The notes beneath the pieces were generated by a model. The model saw only the letters and a program-made list of their open reading frames with translations, searched no databases and had not been told where the DNA came from. Shown here one piece after another: positions 61,201-64,000 of a stretch of 64,000 nucleotides of DNA. Origin of the DNA: Klebsormidium nitens (taxonomy: Eukaryota; Plantae; Klebsormidiophyceae); contig DF237098.1 in the NCBI GenBank assembly GCA_000708835.1, positions 54,133-118,132 of the forward strand, in the 5' to 3' direction. The position numbers and the translations under genes are program-made. How positions within the stretch are numbered: the stretch's first letter is position 1; each line of letters starts with the position of its first letter.

Positions 61201-64000
61201 ACTCTACTGATGTTGGGTTAACCAAAGAAAACTCAGCCACAGAACGCTCCACCACAGAAAACTCCATCAGTGTTGGGTTTACCACAGAAAGCTCAACCGC
61301 AGAAAGCTCCACAACCGAGAGGTCCACCAGTGTTGGGTTAACCACAGAAAGCTCCCAACCCAACACTTGAGAGACTATTCTCAAAGCCACCTGCTTTGCA
61401 CCCGTATCCGCCATAGACCTCCACACTAACCTCACCTGTCCGAAGGTGGAGAGCTTACTTTTCCCTAACGCTTACACTCCATGAAATCGATCTATGTCTA
61501 TGTAAAGCGGTGTTCAACTTTGTCCACTTCTGTTCCGCCACAAAAGCGTTTACGGGAGAAGGTGACGTGCGCTTGTACCTTTGCCCCGATATGAGTGAGA
61601 TACGCGAGCCCCTAGTTCCAATTCATCTAGCTTGTGAAGGACTCAAATCAGTCGCTGAAAGTTGGATGGAGCAGACAAGTCACCAATATCGTCTCTCACC
61701 CGTAGCTTTCCCTGGTCCGCCATAAAGCGGTTTTGTGATTGAGAATCGGAGCTCTCTGCCAGCGTTCATTAGAAAAGTTTCATTCTTGGAGTCACAAACA
61801 CCGACAAATGTCTCAGAGAATCCGATCCGGAAACATCATAGCCTTTTCGCGCAGAAACATCATAGCCTTTTCGCGCAGGCTCTCACGTATGGCGTGATCG
61901 TCTACTTCATGACGGGCTTGTCTCTGCACGAGGGCAGCGGTCACTTTTGGCTGTTCCTGCTAGTCATCTTCCTTAACGTGCAACAAGGGGCGCTCCTCGT
62001 CCGCTGGCTCAGTTCGTTCGCACCTGCAATGGAAACGGCCGCAGCCTTGCAAGGTGAAGCTTGAGAAATGGGTTTGGGTCCAGGTTTGGCTTTAAGTTTT
62101 GGCTAATCATGCTGGTCAGTCTCCCAAACGTCCAACAAGGAACGCTTCTTGTCCGCTGGCTCAGTTCTTTCGCACCGGCCTTGGAAACGGCGGCAGCCTT
62201 GCAAGGTAAAGTCTAGTTAGAAAACACAAGACCTGGGTTTGAAACCAGGTTTAGTTTTGAAGATTTGGCTGTTTCTATTGGTCAATTTTCTGAAACCCCG
62301 ACAGGGGGGGCTTCTGGCTCTCCGCTGGCTCATTCCTTTGCACCGGCCATAGAAACAGCGGCAGCCTTGCAAGGTGACATTGATCTGATGTGGGCTTTGC
62401 TAATGTTGACACATTGGGGCCTCTCGAATATTCAGACTGTGACTTTCGCCGCTTTGATAATAAAAGTGCTTGATCCGGTAAGGGAAGTATCTTGACACTG
62501 CCAAGCACTCCGTTTTCTCACACCGTTAATCTCCCACTTGGCAGTGCCTCCAATCCATTCGAAGGACGCGCCCTGGGATATGGACTGATTTTCCGACTGT
62601 GCAGGAATCTTCATCGTGATTTTTGTGGCGTTTGCTGGCTTCCTCGTGCCTCGCAACAAGATACCCGACTGGTGGTGAGTATTTATGAAGTCGCTTTTCT
62701 GCTACTCTCTGGCCTATGTTTCCGGGATCTGCACGAGAAGCACTTTGGGAAGAAACCGGTAATCAGTGTCTTAGAACTAGTGACTGCGTTATCTGCTCAA
62801 GGAAGTTTTCTTTTCGCTTGGAAAATCCTCCTCGTAAGTCCCAAACGCTTCGGTCGCTTTCCAAGGCTGGTCGCTTCGGACCAAATAAGCCGATCAAGAG
62901 TGTCGATTAGCTTCCATTAGCGCACTTCAGTAAGCAGAGCCTCTCACTTCAAAATGTGAACGATGGAGTCCCGAACTTGCGTTGGGCTTGACACCATAAC
63001 CACTCCCCGCTTATTGCGCAGGATCTGGGCGTATTGGATGGACCCGCTCCAGTGGGGCATCTCGATCATCATGATAAACGAGATGCGCTCAGCGACGTAT
63101 AAGCAGCCGTGCGCCAGCTTTACGCCCCAGTACTTATTGGCCCATACGCTGACGGGGCCCTGCCGCCAGGCCCCAGACCGCGAACTGGGCTTCGCTTATC
63201 TCGTCCAGTGGCAACTGAAAACAAGCTGGTAAGACGTTTTTTTCTCTTGTTTGGCCCCATTTTGCATTCACCAGCCAACAGGTAGTAGTAAGACTGAGAT
63301 TGTGGGATATCACGGTCGTAAAATGTGACTAATTGTGCTTCTTGTTTTCTGCTGAGGCGAACCTCAGAAATTGGCTCTCTTAGCTCCCGTCTAGAAGGCA
63401 ACGTAGACTAGTGTACCGCGACTGGGAATCAGTCAATCCGTCAAGCTCGGACACGACGACGTTGTGCTTCTCAGTTCCGCTTTCGGGAAGCCGAAAAGCG
63501 ACTTCCTTGATTGGCTCATTTGCAAATTCAATACAGCTCTTAGATTGAGATTGAGCGGGACATCTCAGGCAGGCGGTCATTGAGCTCAGCAGAAATGATT
63601 TCTGTTTTGTCAATTATTTTACGGAATGTGTATGTCCTCCTAGGTACTGGGTCCCTATCGGCGTCGTCGTATACCTGACATGGTGCGCCCTATGGCTCGG
63701 CCTGTCCTACGTGGCACTCTCCGAGATCCGCCACGTGGTGGTCCCCAAAGTCCGCCCTTTGGCGGCCCGTAAGGGCTCCGCAGCGCCTGAGGTTAAGGCG
63801 GGAAACCCGGAGAAAGAGACCGCGACAACGCACGATGCTGAGAAGGGCGCCAATATCAAGGTAACCGACCTTCCTTCCTTTTCAATTTTCAAAGACTCTT
63901 TTGCTCAAATTTCCTGGCCAGGTACTTCTTATGAAGCTTTGATTTATATGGATCTGGGGAAAAGGCAGGAAATCCGGATGAAGAGACCGGAGCAACGCAC
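52272..64000 (+). CDS. PDR-type ABCG transporter, N-terminal part only (NBD1, PDZ-like insert, TMD1, start of linker); continues beyond the window
   Basis: Exons include [46 protein letters not shown] (Walker A); VRYNGK...KQSDVHFAALSVRETLEFARSC; GPRADAVPHFESLG / YIKPDFLDITEFLQEVTS; ITFISLFVGTIFWQ...RAVFYKQQGARFYRPGSY; YGVIVYFMTGL; FAGFLVPRNKIPDWW / IWAYWMDPLQWGISIIMINEM. This is the NBD-then-TMD order of ABCG/PDR. The start ATG and the full-length status are inferred. Confidence 0.88.
58840..59150. repeat. Degenerate intronic repeats built on CGGCA(A/G)CGGCA(A/G)A / GGTTCC motifs
   Basis: ccagttccgttccgacagcggcagag, gtagcggcaaagtccg, ggttccactccggcaacggcaaagtccg and ggttccatcctggcagcggcaga recur. 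The apparent ORFs here are repeat translations. Confidence 0.55.
59252..59322. repeat. 19-bp tandem repeat AAAAGCCTTATACACCCTT, about 3.5 copies, in an ABCG intron
   Basis: Directly visible tandem copies. Confidence 0.9.
61185..61358. repeat. Intronic minisatellite of ACCACAGAAA(A/G)CTC-type monomers with a recurring GTTGGGTT(A/T)ACC higher-order unit
   Basis: Repeated accacagaaaactc, accacagaaagctc and gtgttgggttaaccac strings. Confidence 0.85.

Noticed and set aside
1-64000. CRISPR arrays, operons, tRNA or rRNA genes
   Set aside because: The tandem repeats lack unique spacers, the genes are spliced eukaryotic genes, and no tRNA or rRNA signatures were seen.

Overview
Intron-rich eukaryotic DNA with canonical GT-AG introns and no tRNA, rRNA or CRISPR array seen. 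The gene content is plant-like, and I infer a streptophyte alga (Klebsormidium-like); the sequence does not prove this. Splicing by hand gives six genes: (1) a plastid rhodanese STR14-like gene (-, 2816-7528); (2) a 10-exon plant-type MFS transporter (+, 8576-14862); (3) a secreted fasciclin (FAS1) protein carrying an EGF-like module (-, ~17354-20707); (4) a type II membrane NXPE/PC-esterase-like SGNH protein (+, 23520-30530); (5) a secreted GH10 xylanase with a CBM-like region and three copies of an unfamiliar 6-Cys module (-, 32735-46192); (6) a PDR-type ABCG transporter running off the right end (+, 52272->64000), with a degenerate first NBD and a PDZ-like domain inserted before TMD1. Most ORF-track entries are exon fragments, antisense shadows or noise. 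Non-coding structure includes a 274-bp MITE-like element, a perfect 26-bp hairpin, several tandem repeats, and many degenerate intronic copies of neighbouring exon-intron junctions. Exon coordinates are hand-derived and may be off by a few bases.
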